A stretch of DNA of 64,000 bases from Marinilabilia sp. (GCF_016278715.1 NZ_JADQBH010000108.1:6761-70760), one strand, 5' to 3'. Positions 10,100 through 20,263 are shown, numbered from the stretch's first letter. The notes: generated from the letters alone by a model not told the origin. Program-made: numbers and translations.

Positions 10100-10963
10100 A
10101 TGTCAGAAAACCAAACAGCCATATTACGAATTCATTGTCCCGACCAAAGGGGAATTGTTGCACGAGTGACGGATTTCATTCATCAGAACAACGGGAATGT
10201 AGTGGCTCTGGACCAATACACCAACCGCGAAGAAAAGCGCTTTTTCATGCGTGTGGAATGGGAGATGGATGGATTCACCCTGGACCGCGATGAAATAGAA
10301 ACCGTTTTTGGGCCACTACTGGCAAAACCACTGGACATGGTGTGGGATTTAAAATTTTCCGATAAAATTCCCCGCATGGGTATCTTCGTGTCCAGAAGTT
10401 CACATTGCCTGTACGACCTTCTGGCCCGCTACGAGGCAGGAGAATTGAAAGTGGAAATCCCGGTCATTATCAGTAACCACAAAGAGATGGAACATGTGGC
10501 AGGACAGTTTAATATTCCCTTTTACCATGTGCCTGTCAACAAGGACAACAAAAAAGAACAGGAACTGCAGGAACTGAAAGTTCTGCAGGAACACAAAGTC
10601 GATTTCATTGTCCTGGCCCGTTACATGCAAATTTTATCGTCCGATTTTGTCAGGAATTTCCCCAATAAAGTCATCAATATCCATCACTCGTTTCTTCCAG
10701 CATTTGCAGGTGCCAAACCCTATCACGCCGCCCACTCCAGGGGAGTTAAAATCATTGGGGCCACCAGCCACTATGTTACATCCGACCTGGATGCCGGCCC
10801 AATCATTGATCAGGACATTACCCGGATATCCCATCACGACTCGGTAGAAAGTCTGGTTCAGAAAGGGAAAGATATTGAAAAAATTGTACTTTCACGGGCA
10901 GTGAAAGCCCACCTGGATCGGAAAACCCTGGTTTATAAAAACAAAACAGTAGTTTTTGCCTAA
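10100..10963 (+). CDS. purU: Formyltetrahydrofolate deformylase
   Basis: N-terminal ACT domain (CPDQRGIVA), VLARYMQILS, INIHHSFLP and LDAGPII motifs. Confidence 0.96.
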   Translation: MSENQTAILRIHCPDQRGIVARVTDFIHQNNGNVVALDQYTNREEKRFFMRVEWEMDGFTLDRDEIETVFGPLLAKPLDMVWDLKFSDKIPRMGIFVSRSSHCLYDLLARYEAGELKVEIPVIISNHKEMEHVAGQFNIPFYHVPVNKDNKKEQELQELKVLQEHKVDFIVLARYMQILSSDFVRNFPNKVINIHHSFLPAFAGAKPYHAAHSRGVKIIGATSHYVTSDLDAGPIIDQDITRISHHDSVESLVQKGKDIEKIVLSRAVKAHLDRKTLVYKNKTVVFA

Positions 10964-10975
10964 AGCTCAAACGTT

Positions 10976-11500
10976 ATGCTCAAATTAAAACATCTTTTTT
11001 TCCTTATGTTGATGGTAACCAACCTCAGCTGTCAGAACACAAAAGACAACCGTGGATACATTGTTGAAGTAGGCGACAAGGCTCCTCTTTTTGAAACAAC
11101 ATTGACCAACGGCGACACGTTTCGGCTTGAAGACCATAAAGGTAAAGTAGTGATGCTTCAGTTTACCGCCAGCTGGTGTGGTGTTTGCCGGAAAGAGATG
11201 CCACACATTGAAAAGGAAATATGGCAACCCTACAAAGACAAAGGTCTTGTGGTTGTGGGCATTGACCGGGATGAACCTCTGGAAACCGTAAGGAAATTTG
11301 CGAAAGAAACAGGCATCAGTTACCCCCTGGCTTTAGACCCCGGCGCTGATATCTTTAAGCTATATGCAGAAGACAGAGCCGGCGTAACGCGCAATGTACT
11401 GATCGACAAGGAAGGGAATATTATTTTTCTGACCAGACTATTCAACGAGAAGGAGTTTTCGGCACTGGTTAATAAAGTTGACCAATTAATGAAGAACTAA
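10976..11500 (+). CDS. TlpA/AhpC-TSA family redoxin, probable lipoprotein
   Basis: FTASWCGVC thioredoxin-fold CxxC; lipobox-like NLSC. Confidence 0.85.
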   Translation: MLKLKHLFFLMLMVTNLSCQNTKDNRGYIVEVGDKAPLFETTLTNGDTFRLEDHKGKVVMLQFTASWCGVCRKEMPHIEKEIWQPYKDKGLVVVGIDRDEPLETVRKFAKETGISYPLALDPGADIFKLYAEDRAGVTRNVLIDKEGNIIFLTRLFNEKEFSALVNKVDQLMKN

Positions 11501-11502
11501 AA

Positions 11503-12102
11503 ATGAAGATTGTAATCATAAAATACAATGCCGGCAACATTCAATCGGTTAGTTTCGCGCTGGAACGGCTGGGATATCAGGCAGAAATAACGGCCGACCA
11601 TGACACCATCCGGAAAGCGGACAAGGTCATTTTTCCAGGAGTGGGCGAAGCCAGTACCACCATGGCCTATCTGAAAAAAGAAGGACTTGACCAACTGATT
11701 CCCTCACTCACTCAGCCTGTGCTGGGTATATGCCTGGGAATGCAACTCATGTGCAGTCATTCCGAAGAAGGAAACACACCGTGTCTGGGCATCTTCGATG
11801 AGAAAGTGAAGAAATTCGTTGCCCCTGTTCAGGATTCGGAAAGATTTAAGATTCCCCACATGGGATGGAACCAGCTCATAAACGTCAAAAAACCGTTGTT
11901 CAGCCAAGAACTGGAGAACGAATTTGTCTATTTTGTCCACAGTTTTTATGTGGCCACCGGCCCGGATACCGCTGCCGAGAGCCATTATATACATCCATTC
12001 AGTGCTGCTCTGAGAAAAAATAATTTTTTCGCAACACAGTTTCACCCAGAGAAGAGCAGTAAGGCGGGGGAGCAGATTCTTAAGAATTTTCTTTCGTTGT
12101 GA
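11503..12102 (+). CDS. hisH: Imidazole glycerol phosphate synthase, glutaminase subunit
   Basis: FPGVG, GICLGMQ, IPHMGWN, YFVHS and QFHPEKS motifs. Confidence 0.97.
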   Translation: MKIVIIKYNAGNIQSVSFALERLGYQAEITADHDTIRKADKVIFPGVGEASTTMAYLKKEGLDQLIPSLTQPVLGICLGMQLMCSHSEEGNTPCLGIFDEKVKKFVAPVQDSERFKIPHMGWNQLINVKKPLFSQELENEFVYFVHSFYVATGPDTAAESHYIHPFSAALRKNNFFATQFHPEKSSKAGEQILKNFLSL

Positions 12103-12183
12103 GAGGAGCCAGGAAGCTGAATACTGGAGGTTAGGCACCCTAGATCCCCCCAAGGGTGACATGAAAAAGATTGGAAGTTAGAG

Positions 12184-12288
12184 CAATAGTCCGTTAAAAA
12201 AAGCTTAAACGCAGAGACGCAATGACGCAAAGTTTTTATTATGAGTGAGTTGTGCCCTGCTCGCCTGGTTTTGTAATGGATTGATTAT
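12184..12288 (+). repeat. ~105-bp direct repeat, copy 1 (hisH-hisA spacer)
   Basis: caatagtccgttaaaaaaagcttaaacgcagagacgcaatgacgcaaagttttt...agtgagttgtg...ttgtaatg, near-identical to 13086-13190. Confidence 0.85.
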
Positions 12289-12344
12289 CAACCGTTTTTA
12301 AAAGTTTAACAGAGTATTGTTAGAGGTTAGAAATTTTATAAAAA

Positions 12345-13076
12345 ATGCAATCAATAGAACTTATACCTGCCATCGACATTATTGACGGAAAATGTGTCAG
12401 ATTGAGCAAAGGAGATTACAGCACACAAAAAACATACAATGAGAATCCACTGGAAGTAGCCAAACAATTTGAAGATTATGGCATCCGGCGTCTTCACCTG
12501 GTCGATTTGGACGGCGCAAAAGCCGGATACATTGTCAACTACAAAGTACTAGAGAAAATTGCCGGACAAACCGCTCTCACCATCGATTTCGGAGGCGGAC
12601 TTAAAACTGTTGAAGACCTGCGGGTAGCATTTGAATGCGGAGCCCAGATGGTCACCGGAGGAAGCATCGCAGTGAAAAACCCGGAGGAATTCCTGCAATG
12701 GCTGACCAAGCACGGCCCGGAAAAGATCATCCTCGGCTCGGATGCCAAAAACCGCAAAATTGCTACATCAGGTTGGCTGGAAACCTCCGAACTCGACCTG
12801 ATGGATTTTCTGAAAGAATACATCGAAAAGGGCATTACCCAGACAATTTGTACCGACATCAGTAAGGATGGAATGCTCGAAGGCCCGTCAACCGATTTAT
12901 ACAAAGAAATTCTTGATAATTTCCCGGAGCTTTATCTCATCGCCAGTGGCGGGGTCAGCAATATGAAAGACATTGATGATCTCGAAGAAGCAGGCGTTCC
13001 TGCGGTAATCTTTGGCAAGGCAATTTATGAAGGCAGGATTGGAATGGAGGAAATTGGGAGGAAAATTAGTGAATAG
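12345..13076 (+). CDS. hisA: ProFAR isomerase HisA
   Basis: [30 protein letters not shown] and ASGG motifs. Confidence 0.97.
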   Translation: MQSIELIPAIDIIDGKCVRLSKGDYSTQKTYNENPLEVAKQFEDYGIRRLHLVDLDGAKAGYIVNYKVLEKIAGQTALTIDFGGGLKTVEDLRVAFECGAQMVTGGSIAVKNPEEFLQWLTKHGPEKIILGSDAKNRKIATSGWLETSELDLMDFLKEYIEKGITQTICTDISKDGMLEGPSTDLYKEILDNFPELYLIASGGVSNMKDIDDLEEAGVPAVIFGKAIYEGRIGMEEIGRKISE

Positions 13077-13085
13077 TATTTAGTC

Positions 13086-13190
13086 CAATAGGCCGTTAAA
13101 AAAACTTAAACGCAAAGACGCAATGACGCAAAGTTTTTAATATAAGTGAGTTGTGTTCTGCATACTTGACCTTGTAATGAGTTAATTATA
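13086..13190 (+). repeat. ~105-bp direct repeat, copy 2 (hisA-hisF spacer)
   Basis: caataggccgttaaaaaaacttaaacgcaaagacgcaatgacgcaaagttttt...agtgagttgtg...ttgtaatg. Confidence 0.85.
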
Positions 13191-13261
13191 AGTTGATTGG
13201 AATCCACAACCTTCAAAATAACAGACTATTGCGATTGTAATGGTAGATAAAAACAGAAAAA

Positions 13262-13320
13262 AGATTGCTTCGTCACTCGTAATGAAGTTGCAAATCCCGA
13301 CCATTAGGGAAAGCAATCTA
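13262..13320. repeat. GAAGCAATCT-family inverted repeat
   Basis: agattgcttcgtcactcgtaatga ... gaaagcaatcta. Confidence 0.55.
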
Positions 13321-13366
13321 CAATGATATAAGTTTCCCGGTTACCTGTATAAAAAACATTTTTTTA

Positions 13367-14122
13367 ATGCTTGCAAAACGTATCATACCATGCCTCGACA
13401 TCCGCAACGGCCAGACCGTAAAAGGGGTGAAATTTCTGGATATTAAAGAAGTAGGCGACCCCGTGGAGCTGGGTGCCCTTTACGCTCAACAAGGAGCCGA
13501 CGAACTGGTATTCCTGGACATAACCGCAAGCCACGAAAAGCGAAAAACATTCGTGGAACTTGTAAAACGGATTGCTCAACACATCAACATTCCTTTTACG
13601 GTAGGTGGAGGTATTAGTGAGCTGAGCGATGCAGATGCGTTACTTAGCGCCGGAGCCGACAAGATTTCCATAAACTCATCAGCCGTCAGGAATCCTCAGT
13701 TGATTAGCGATATGGCTCAACACTTCGGGAGTCAGTTTGTGGTTGTGGCCATTGATGCCAAACAACTACAGGGAGACGAATGGACTGTCACAGTCAACGG
13801 AGGTCGTATCCCCACCGAAAAACGGCTCTTTAGCTGGGCCCGGGAAGCAGAAGAAAGAGGTGCCGGGGAGATTCTGTTTACCAGTATGGATCACGATGGG
13901 GTAAAACAGGGATTTGCCAACGAAGCTTTAGCCAAACTATCCGATGAGAGAGGTATCCCTATCATTGCCTCGGGAGGGGCGGGAGCCAAAGAACACTTCA
14001 AAGATGTTTTCACCAAAGGCAAAGCAGATGCAGGACTGGCAGCCAGCATTTTCCACTTTAACGAAATTCCCATTCCCGAACTAAAGAACTTTCTAAAAAA
14101 CGAAGGCATCTCAATTCGCTGA
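13367..14122 (+). CDS. hisF: Imidazole glycerol phosphate synthase, cyclase subunit
   Basis: [21 protein letters not shown] and IASGGAG motifs. Confidence 0.97.
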   Translation: MLAKRIIPCLDIRNGQTVKGVKFLDIKEVGDPVELGALYAQQGADELVFLDITASHEKRKTFVELVKRIAQHINIPFTVGGGISELSDADALLSAGADKISINSSAVRNPQLISDMAQHFGSQFVVVAIDAKQLQGDEWTVTVNGGRIPTEKRLFSWAREAEERGAGEILFTSMDHDGVKQGFANEALAKLSDERGIPIIASGGAGAKEHFKDVFTKGKADAGLAASIFHFNEIPIPELKNFLKNEGISIR

Positions 14123-14151
14123 CCCGACATTTAAGATGCCGGACAAATTAT

Positions 14152-14159
14152 TATCTTTG
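14152..14159 (+). promoter_or_regulatory. TAnnTTTG -7 box upstream of hisIE (internal promoter candidate)
   Basis: TATCTTTG between hisF and hisIE. Confidence 0.45.
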
Positions 14160-14196
14160 TCGCCAACATATTAATAAACAACACAAACTACATATC

Positions 14197-14793
14197 ATGC
14201 AATTAGATTTTTCAAAACTGGGAAACGGACTGATTCCCGCCATCGTACAGGATGCTCAGACAAATGTGGTACTGATGCTCGGATTCATGAACGAAGAAGC
14301 CTTTGAAAAGACCCGGAAAGATGGAAAAGTCACCTTTTTCAGTCGCACAAAAAACCGGCTCTGGACCAAAGGAGAAGAATCCGGAAACTTCCTGAATGTA
14401 GTCTCCATTACTCCCGACTGCGACAATGATACCATACTGATAAAAGCCAAGCCCGTTGGCCCCGTATGTCACAAGGGAACTGACACCTGCTTTGCTGAAA
14501 AAAACAAGGGCAACATTGACTTCCTGGTTCATTTACAAGACCTCATCGATAAAAGATTGCAAGATATGCCCGAAGGCTCTTACACAACTTCCCTCTTTGA
14601 AAAAGGCATCAACAAAATTGCCCAAAAAGTTGGTGAAGAAGCTGTGGAAACTGTCATTGAGGCTAAAGACAACAACGACAAACTGTTTTTAAATGAAGTG
14701 GCCGACCTGACTTTTCACACGTTGGTATTGCTCACTGCAAAGAGTTACCGCATTGAAGATGTAATCAAAATATTACAGGAAAGACACAAATAG
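14197..14793 (+). CDS. hisIE: Bifunctional phosphoribosyl-AMP cyclohydrolase / phosphoribosyl-ATP pyrophosphatase
   Basis: LWTKGEESGN, DCDND, VCHKGTDTCF and QKVGEEAVE motifs. Confidence 0.97.
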   Translation: MQLDFSKLGNGLIPAIVQDAQTNVVLMLGFMNEEAFEKTRKDGKVTFFSRTKNRLWTKGEESGNFLNVVSITPDCDNDTILIKAKPVGPVCHKGTDTCFAEKNKGNIDFLVHLQDLIDKRLQDMPEGSYTTSLFEKGINKIAQKVGEEAVETVIEAKDNNDKLFLNEVADLTFHTLVLLTAKSYRIEDVIKILQERHK

Positions 14794-14838
14794 AAATAAT
14801 GTATCGGTCAGTTTAAACCGTTAACAAATAGTAGAAAG

Positions 14839-15393
14839 ATGGTGGGGGTAAACGATTCTGTACTTAAGATTTTTGATAAATACTATTCCGAAATCCACCC
14901 GGCCCGGGAAATTTTAATAACCCACAGCCGGCTGGTTCGTGACAAATGCCTGAAAATTGCATCCAATCATCCCGAGTTGGACGCCGATAAGCAGTTTATT
15001 GCTGAAGCATCCCTGCTTCACGACATAGGAATTTTCTTAACAGACGCCCCTCTTATTGGCTGCCACGGCGAACACCCATACATCTCTCACGGCTATCTGG
15101 GCCGCGAACTACTCGAGAAAGAAGGATTGCCTAAACACGGTTTAGTATGTGAAAGGCATACCGGGACCGGACTTACAGTGGAGGAAATCAAATTGCAGAA
15201 TCTGCCACTTCCCCACCGCGACATGGTTCCCCTGAGCATTGAAGAACAAATCATCTGCTTTTCTGATACCTTTTACAGTAAGGGCAATGATTTGGAGAAA
15301 GAGAAAAGCCCTGAAGAGGTGAAAAAAGCCCTGAAAAAATACGGTGACGAAAAAGTTGAAATCTTTTCTCTATGGTGCGAGATGTTTCTATAG
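14839..15393 (+). CDS. HD-domain (HDIG-type) metal-dependent phosphohydrolase
   Basis: HSRLV...LLHDIG...HGYLG...CERH...FSDTF pattern. Confidence 0.85.
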   Translation: MVGVNDSVLKIFDKYYSEIHPAREILITHSRLVRDKCLKIASNHPELDADKQFIAEASLLHDIGIFLTDAPLIGCHGEHPYISHGYLGRELLEKEGLPKHGLVCERHTGTGLTVEEIKLQNLPLPHRDMVPLSIEEQIICFSDTFYSKGNDLEKEKSPEEVKKALKKYGDEKVEIFSLWCEMFL

Positions 15394-15734
15394 ACATTCA
15401 ACCCGATAACGCCGCATGGTATTATCACCATCCCAAATATCGATATAACTGTGCCCAGGCTATGGTAAAACACTTTGGTGGCAGCGAAGCAGATATTTCC
15501 GGGATGAAAAAGATGGGCTCGGGTCGGGCTCCGGAAGGCCATTGCGGGGCTTTGCATGGCGCCCTCTTTCTGTTAAGTGACAATCAGGACACTCACAAAG
15601 AGATGACCGAGAAATTTGCTCAACAAACAGGCAGTCCTTTTTGTCGAGATATCAGAAAAATCAATAAGGTCTCCTGCCAACAATGTGTTGAAATAGCAGA
15701 TTCACTGCTCAAAAAGATTCAAATACAACCCTAA
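15372..15734 (+). CDS. C-GCAxxG-C-C family putative redox protein
   Basis: YNCAQA, GHCGALHG, FCRDI and SCQQC Cys pattern; start uncertain (overlaps the HD gene). Confidence 0.75.
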   Translation: MVRDVSIDIQPDNAAWYYHHPKYRYNCAQAMVKHFGGSEADISGMKKMGSGRAPEGHCGALHGALFLLSDNQDTHKEMTEKFAQQTGSPFCRDIRKINKVSCQQCVEIADSLLKKIQIQP

Positions 15735-15746
15735 AAACAAGCTCTG

Positions 15747-16475
15747 ATGCCCACAAAGATCCAGAAAGAACCCATTTCAGTTTCTTCATTCGATGTAGGA
15801 GCATCCGGCTGTTTAGAAGCATCAGCTCTGATGCGTCATTTTCAGGAAGTAGCCTCTCATCATGCCGATGAACTGGGTGTTGGATTCAATGATTTTAAAC
15901 AAGAGAACATTTTCTGGGCTCTGTCACATATTCAGATCGAAGCCGACAGGTGGCCCCAAATGGAAGAAAGAATCACCATAGAAACCTGGCCCAGAGGAAC
16001 CGAAAAGTTATACACCACCAGAGACTTTCTGGTTTCTGATACCAATAATAAGGTTATTATAAGAGCCACTTCCGCATGGATAATGGTGGACATCAAAAGG
16101 AAAAGACCGATCCGACCAGCCGATAAACTAGCAAACATTGAGTTCACTCCTGAGAAAAAAGCCCTCGGAAACTTCCCCGAACCATTCTATTGTGAAGGAG
16201 AACAACAAACCCAATTGGAACGCAAGGTCGTGTATTCCGACCTGGACATCAATCAGCATGTCAACAACACCAGGTATGTTGAGTGGATGATGGATGCTAT
16301 TGGATTTTCTCCCGACAGGAAGTTGAAATCTTTAAAAATTCATTTCATCAACGAATTCCGATTCAACGAAACAGCGCAAATAAATAACACCCACAATAGC
16401 AACCGTTATTTTTGCTCCATCCTCCATGCAGAGAACAAAAAACCAGGTTGTGAAGCATGCCTCACCTTTATGTAA
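15747..16475 (+). CDS. Acyl-ACP thioesterase (double hotdog fold)
   Basis: TWPRG, RDF and YSDLDINQHVNNTRY motifs. Confidence 0.9.
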   Translation: MPTKIQKEPISVSSFDVGASGCLEASALMRHFQEVASHHADELGVGFNDFKQENIFWALSHIQIEADRWPQMEERITIETWPRGTEKLYTTRDFLVSDTNNKVIIRATSAWIMVDIKRKRPIRPADKLANIEFTPEKKALGNFPEPFYCEGEQQTQLERKVVYSDLDINQHVNNTRYVEWMMDAIGFSPDRKLKSLKIHFINEFRFNETAQINNTHNSNRYFCSILHAENKKPGCEACLTFM

Positions 16476-16516
16476 AACGAAACGTCCGTTGATAGTTCCA
16501 ACGGGCGTTTAGTTTT
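16475..16516. terminator. Bidirectional terminator between convergent genes
   Basis: aaacgtccgttg / caacgggcgttt stem with A/T flanks. Confidence 0.7.
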
Positions 16517-16553
16517 CAAGGATTCATTCTTATTGTTGTTGTACGGCTTACTT

Positions 16554-17012
16554 TTAGTCAACTCTCTGCTTAATCTCCGGATTACTACTGTAAGCAGCAA
16601 TCATTTCCTGATACATATCGGGACCGATACCGGCTTCGGAAACAACCTGGCTAACTTCCTGCTGTGCCTCCATCTGGACACTATGAATCTCGTCAGAAAT
16701 ACTTTGGAATATTTGCATATCTTCTTCCTGTACTCCTTCTGGTTCTTTACCCTGTTGCATTTGACGAGCAATTTGATTAAACCGATCCATACCCTGCTCT
16801 TCAATTTCTTTCACCATCTTTTGCTCAGCCTTCTGCTGAATGGGCAATACTTCTAATACCGCTTCAGCAAACCTATCAATCTCTTCAGCAGAATAGTCCT
16901 TCTGCTTCTGTTGTTGCTGTTGATGCATCATTTGCTGCTGAACAGAAACCATTCCTCCCATTACAAACATTCCATATAGAAACATGCTGGCAATTTTTCT
17001 TTTAAACAGCAT
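16554..17012 (-). CDS. Secreted Gln-rich helical protein, DUF4168-like
   Basis: Signal peptide, poly-Q linker, EEIDRFAEA and MDRFNQIA motifs. Confidence 0.65.
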   Translation of the reverse strand: MLFKRKIASMFLYGMFVMGGMVSVQQQMMHQQQQQKQKDYSAEEIDRFAEAVLEVLPIQQKAEQKMVKEIEEQGMDRFNQIARQMQQGKEPEGVQEEDMQIFQSISDEIHSVQMEAQQEVSQVVSEAGIGPDMYQEMIAAYSSNPEIKQRVD

Positions 17013-17470
17013 AAAAATTCTGTTTTATTGTTGAAGGAGAGGTACTCTTATTCAAAATACAAGCGCTTGCCTCAACTTCAATTCAGTTTACAATTCCGCT
17101 CACACACTCATGCATTAATCGGCTGACGTTAAACTTATTAGACACAAGCCGGAAAAACCATATTCCCAACTCCAAACATTTTTCAGAATGACTCCAATTC
17201 TGAAAAATTATTTAACACAATCAAAAAATTTACTATTTAGAAGTAATCTTGTTACAAATTGCAAATTCAAGATATTTGTATTTTTATATATCTGGATTCA
17301 TTGCTAAATTCGAATTCTCATTAAACCCCCTGTCAAACAACATTAAGAAATATATAATTCAAATTAAACCAGACCAATAAATAGTTCGTTGCTCCCAACC
17401 CTCCTAGATGATAAACTTTTATTAACAATATTCGTAACAAAAGCATCACATAACCAACAGCAAACAAAAT

Positions 17471-19066
17471 ATGAAGAAGGTCGTTTTTTCCATCATTTTG
17501 GCTTCAATAGGCATCCTGGCATTGATACACATCGCTTACGACCCACCACTTCCGAATCTGAGCGAGCTGAAACTCAAACAGGAATTTGCCATCAAACCCA
17601 CTTCGTCGGTTGACCACAAACTTTTTGAAGAGCTTCAAAAGGACTTTGATTCTCCTCAGGAAGTTACGGAAGCGTGTATTGCGTGCCACAATCAACGCCA
17701 TAAAGAAGTGATTGCATCCAGCCACTGGAACTGGGAGCGCATCTCGTACGTAGAGGGACGCGGAATCGCCAGCATGGGTAAAAGCAACGTACTCAACAAC
17801 TATTGTATTGGAGCAAGTTCTAATGAACAATCCTGTGCTGCCTGCCACATTGGCTTTGGAATGACCAATAACCGCTTTGACTTTGACAATGCACGAAATG
17901 TGGACTGTATGGTTTGCCACGACAACAGCGAAGAGTACCACAAGGGTTCTGCCATGGCCGGTTATCCGGATCGGTCGGTCAACCTTACCAGTGTAGCTCA
18001 AAGCGTGGGACGTCCCCAAAGGATGAATTGTGGTGCGTGTCACTTTTACAGTGGTGGAGGAAATAACGTTAAGCATGGAGATCTGGAAGAAGCACTTCTT
18101 TCTACAACTCGTGACGTGGATGTGCACATGGCAGCCAACGGAATGAATATGACCTGTGTGGACTGTCACTCTGCCGAGAACCATAACATAAAAGGGAAAC
18201 TTTACTCAGTATCATCAAGTGATGAAAACCGACTGACCTGTGACCACTGCCATACAAGCACTCCACACATGGATCACAACCTTGACTTACATACAGCAAG
18301 GGTAGCCTGTCAGACCTGTCACATTCCGACTTACGCGAAAGTGAACCCTACAAAAATGGAATGGAGATGGTCTGATGCCGGTCGCATGGAAGAAGGTAAG
18401 CCCTTTCATGAGACAGACTCCTCAGGAGTGGAGACCTATATGTCCATCAAAGGCTCCTTCCGTTGGGAGACAAATGTTAAACCGGATTATTATTGGTTTA
18501 ATGGTCATGCCACACATTACGTTTTGGGCGATCAGGTAGACAGCATTCCTGTACAAATTAATCATTTGTTCGGGTCAGCAACAGACAACAGATCGAAAAT
18601 ATATCCTGTGAAAGTTCACCGGGGAGACCAGATCTATGACCCGGAAACCAACATGCTGATTCAGCCAAAACTTTGGGCTGCAGAGGAAGGCGACAGTGCT
18701 TACTGGAAAGATTTTGACTGGAATCTGGCCGCAGAAGCCGGCATGAAACGGGTTGGACTTCACTACAGTGGAACCTATGAATTCGTAAATACCGAAATGT
18801 ACTGGCCCGTTAACCATATGGTGGCCCCAAAAGAAGACGCACTTTCATGTGAAGAATGCCACCAGCGGAAAAACAGCCGACTGGCAGGCCTTAATGACTT
18901 CTACATGCCGGGAAGAGACTCCCATGCTGGACTTGACCTCATCGGGAGACTTCTAATTATTGCCGCCCTTGCCGGAGTTATCCTTCACGGAATGGGCAGA
19001 GTAGTGGCTGCCATCAAAAATAAAGAGATAGAATCGGAAGAAATCAACACCAATTACCACCAATAA
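17471..19066 (+). CDS. otr: Tetrathionate reductase (OTR)-family octaheme cytochrome c with N- and C-terminal hydrophobic helices
   Basis: Eight CxxCH motifs (CIACH, CAACH, CMVCH, CGACH, CVDCH, CDHCH, CQTCH, CEECH); GKSNVLNNYC segment; GGGNNVKHGD. Confidence 0.85.
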   Translation: MKKVVFSIILASIGILALIHIAYDPPLPNLSELKLKQEFAIKPTSSVDHKLFEELQKDFDSPQEVTEACIACHNQRHKEVIASSHWNWERISYVEGRGIASMGKSNVLNNYCIGASSNEQSCAACHIGFGMTNNRFDFDNARNVDCMVCHDNSEEYHKGSAMAGYPDRSVNLTSVAQSVGRPQRMNCGACHFYSGGGNNVKHGDLEEALLSTTRDVDVHMAANGMNMTCVDCHSAENHNIKGKLYSVSSSDENRLTCDHCHTSTPHMDHNLDLHTARVACQTCHIPTYAKVNPTKMEWRWSDAGRMEEGKPFHETDSSGVETYMSIKGSFRWETNVKPDYYWFNGHATHYVLGDQVDSIPVQINHLFGSATDNRSKIYPVKVHRGDQIYDPETNMLIQPKLWAAEEGDSAYWKDFDWNLAAEAGMKRVGLHYSGTYEFVNTEMYWPVNHMVAPKEDALSCEECHQRKNSRLAGLNDFYMPGRDSHAGLDLIGRLLIIAALAGVILHGMGRVVAAIKNKEIESEEINTNYHQ

Positions 19067-19079
19067 CCAACCGAACGTC

Positions 19080-19727
19080 ATGCAAAAAGTATATATCTAT
19101 AAAACATTTGAACGCTTCTGGCACTGGACTCAGGCCGCCTTGATATTCTTTCTGGCCATCACGGGCTTCGAAGTACACGGCAGCTTTTCATTTCTGGGCT
19201 ACGAACAGGCGGTAGAGTCTCATCGCGTCGCAGCGTGGATGCTGTTAATTTTAATCGCCTTTTCCATCTTCTGGCATTTTACCACAGGAGAATGGAGACA
19301 ATACATACCAACTTTTTCCAAGTTACAGGCACAAATGCGATACTACACCATTGGAATCTTCAAAGGAGAGCCCCATCCCACCAGTAAAACCGCCCGGAAA
19401 AAACTCAACCCGCTTCAAGCTTTGACCTATCTGGGATTTAAACTGGTAATGGCTCCACTGTTGGTAATCACCGGCTTTGTCTATATGTTTTATCGCACCA
19501 TCGATGCCAACAACATGGTCATCATCAGCGACATTCCACTAGAGGTAATCGCTTTTCTACATACCCTTGGTGCCTACCTGATTATCATGTTTGCCATTGT
19601 ACATGTTTATATGACCACCACGGGACATACGCCCACATCAAACATCAGGGCCATGCTGACCGGTTACGAGGAGCTGGAAGAAGACAATGAAGAACAAGTA
19701 AAAGAAGAAAACAAAAAACAAGAATAA
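19080..19727 (+). CDS. Membrane b-type cytochrome (Ni/Fe-hydrogenase CytB / PhsC-like)
   Basis: ERFWHW, SHR, FWH, LNPLQ, FLH and IVHVY His pattern over four TM helices. Confidence 0.85.
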   Translation: MQKVYIYKTFERFWHWTQAALIFFLAITGFEVHGSFSFLGYEQAVESHRVAAWMLLILIAFSIFWHFTTGEWRQYIPTFSKLQAQMRYYTIGIFKGEPHPTSKTARKKLNPLQALTYLGFKLVMAPLLVITGFVYMFYRTIDANNMVIISDIPLEVIAFLHTLGAYLIIMFAIVHVYMTTTGHTPTSNIRAMLTGYEELEEDNEEQVKEENKKQE

Positions 19728-19728
19728 T

Positions 19729-20253
19729 ATGGACCAAAAGAACAAATTCATGAATCCCTATCTGGCAGGTGTCCTGCTGGGGTTTGTATTGTTGGCGACC
19801 ATTTACATAACAGGCCGTGGTTTGGGCGCAAGCGGGGCGATGAAAAGTGTTGCAGTTACAACTGTCCGGGCCGCCGCACCGGATCATTACGAATCCACCG
19901 CCTATTACCAGGATTATGCCGCTGATCATCCCGATGGCCCGATGAAATCGTGGTTGGTTTTTGAAATGCTGGGCGTATTGGTTGGTGCATTTCTAAGCGG
20001 AGCCCTTTCGGGACGCCTTGGACTTAAATTGGAAAAAGGCCCTGGCGTAACCAACACCACCCGGATCATTGGCGCCATCATTGGCGGAATACTGTTTGGC
20101 TTCGGCAGTCAGTTGGGACGCGGGTGTACCAGTGGTTCAGCCCTTAGCGGAATGGCTGTGATGTCATTTGGCGGAATTATCACCATGCTGGCCATCTTCG
20201 GTGGCGCCTACGCATTTGCATGGTTTTTCAGAAAATTATGGATAACCCGATAA
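19729..20253 (+). CDS. YeeE/YedE family sulfur-compound transporter
   Basis: MNPYLAG, GLGASG and GRGCTSG conserved motifs. Confidence 0.85.
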   Translation: MDQKNKFMNPYLAGVLLGFVLLATIYITGRGLGASGAMKSVAVTTVRAAAPDHYESTAYYQDYAADHPDGPMKSWLVFEMLGVLVGAFLSGALSGRLGLKLEKGPGVTNTTRIIGAIIGGILFGFGSQLGRGCTSGSALSGMAVMSFGGIITMLAIFGGAYAFAWFFRKLWITR

Positions 20254-20263
20254 AAGGATAAAA

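Noticed and set aside
12184-13190. Possible CRISPR array from repeated sequence
   Set aside because: Only two ~105-bp copies separated by a whole gene; no regular repeat-spacer units and no cas genes
10100-14793. Partial his cluster (no hisG/D/C/B) linked to purU
   Set aside because: A split his pathway with purU-hisH-hisA-hisF-hisIE is already known in Bacteroidales
16510-16556. In-frame TAA/TGA interspersed with Gln codons after the DUF4168-like gene, suggesting stop read-through or recoding
   Set aside because: TAA and TGA end many intact genes in this window; the protein is near its expected length, so this is a low-complexity tail or mild decay
17504-18184. Long antisense or alternative-frame ORFs (e.g. 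17504-18184, 52359-53318, 45746-46354, 8621-9151, 45266-45679)
   Set aside because: Shadows of well-supported genes with no recognisable motifs
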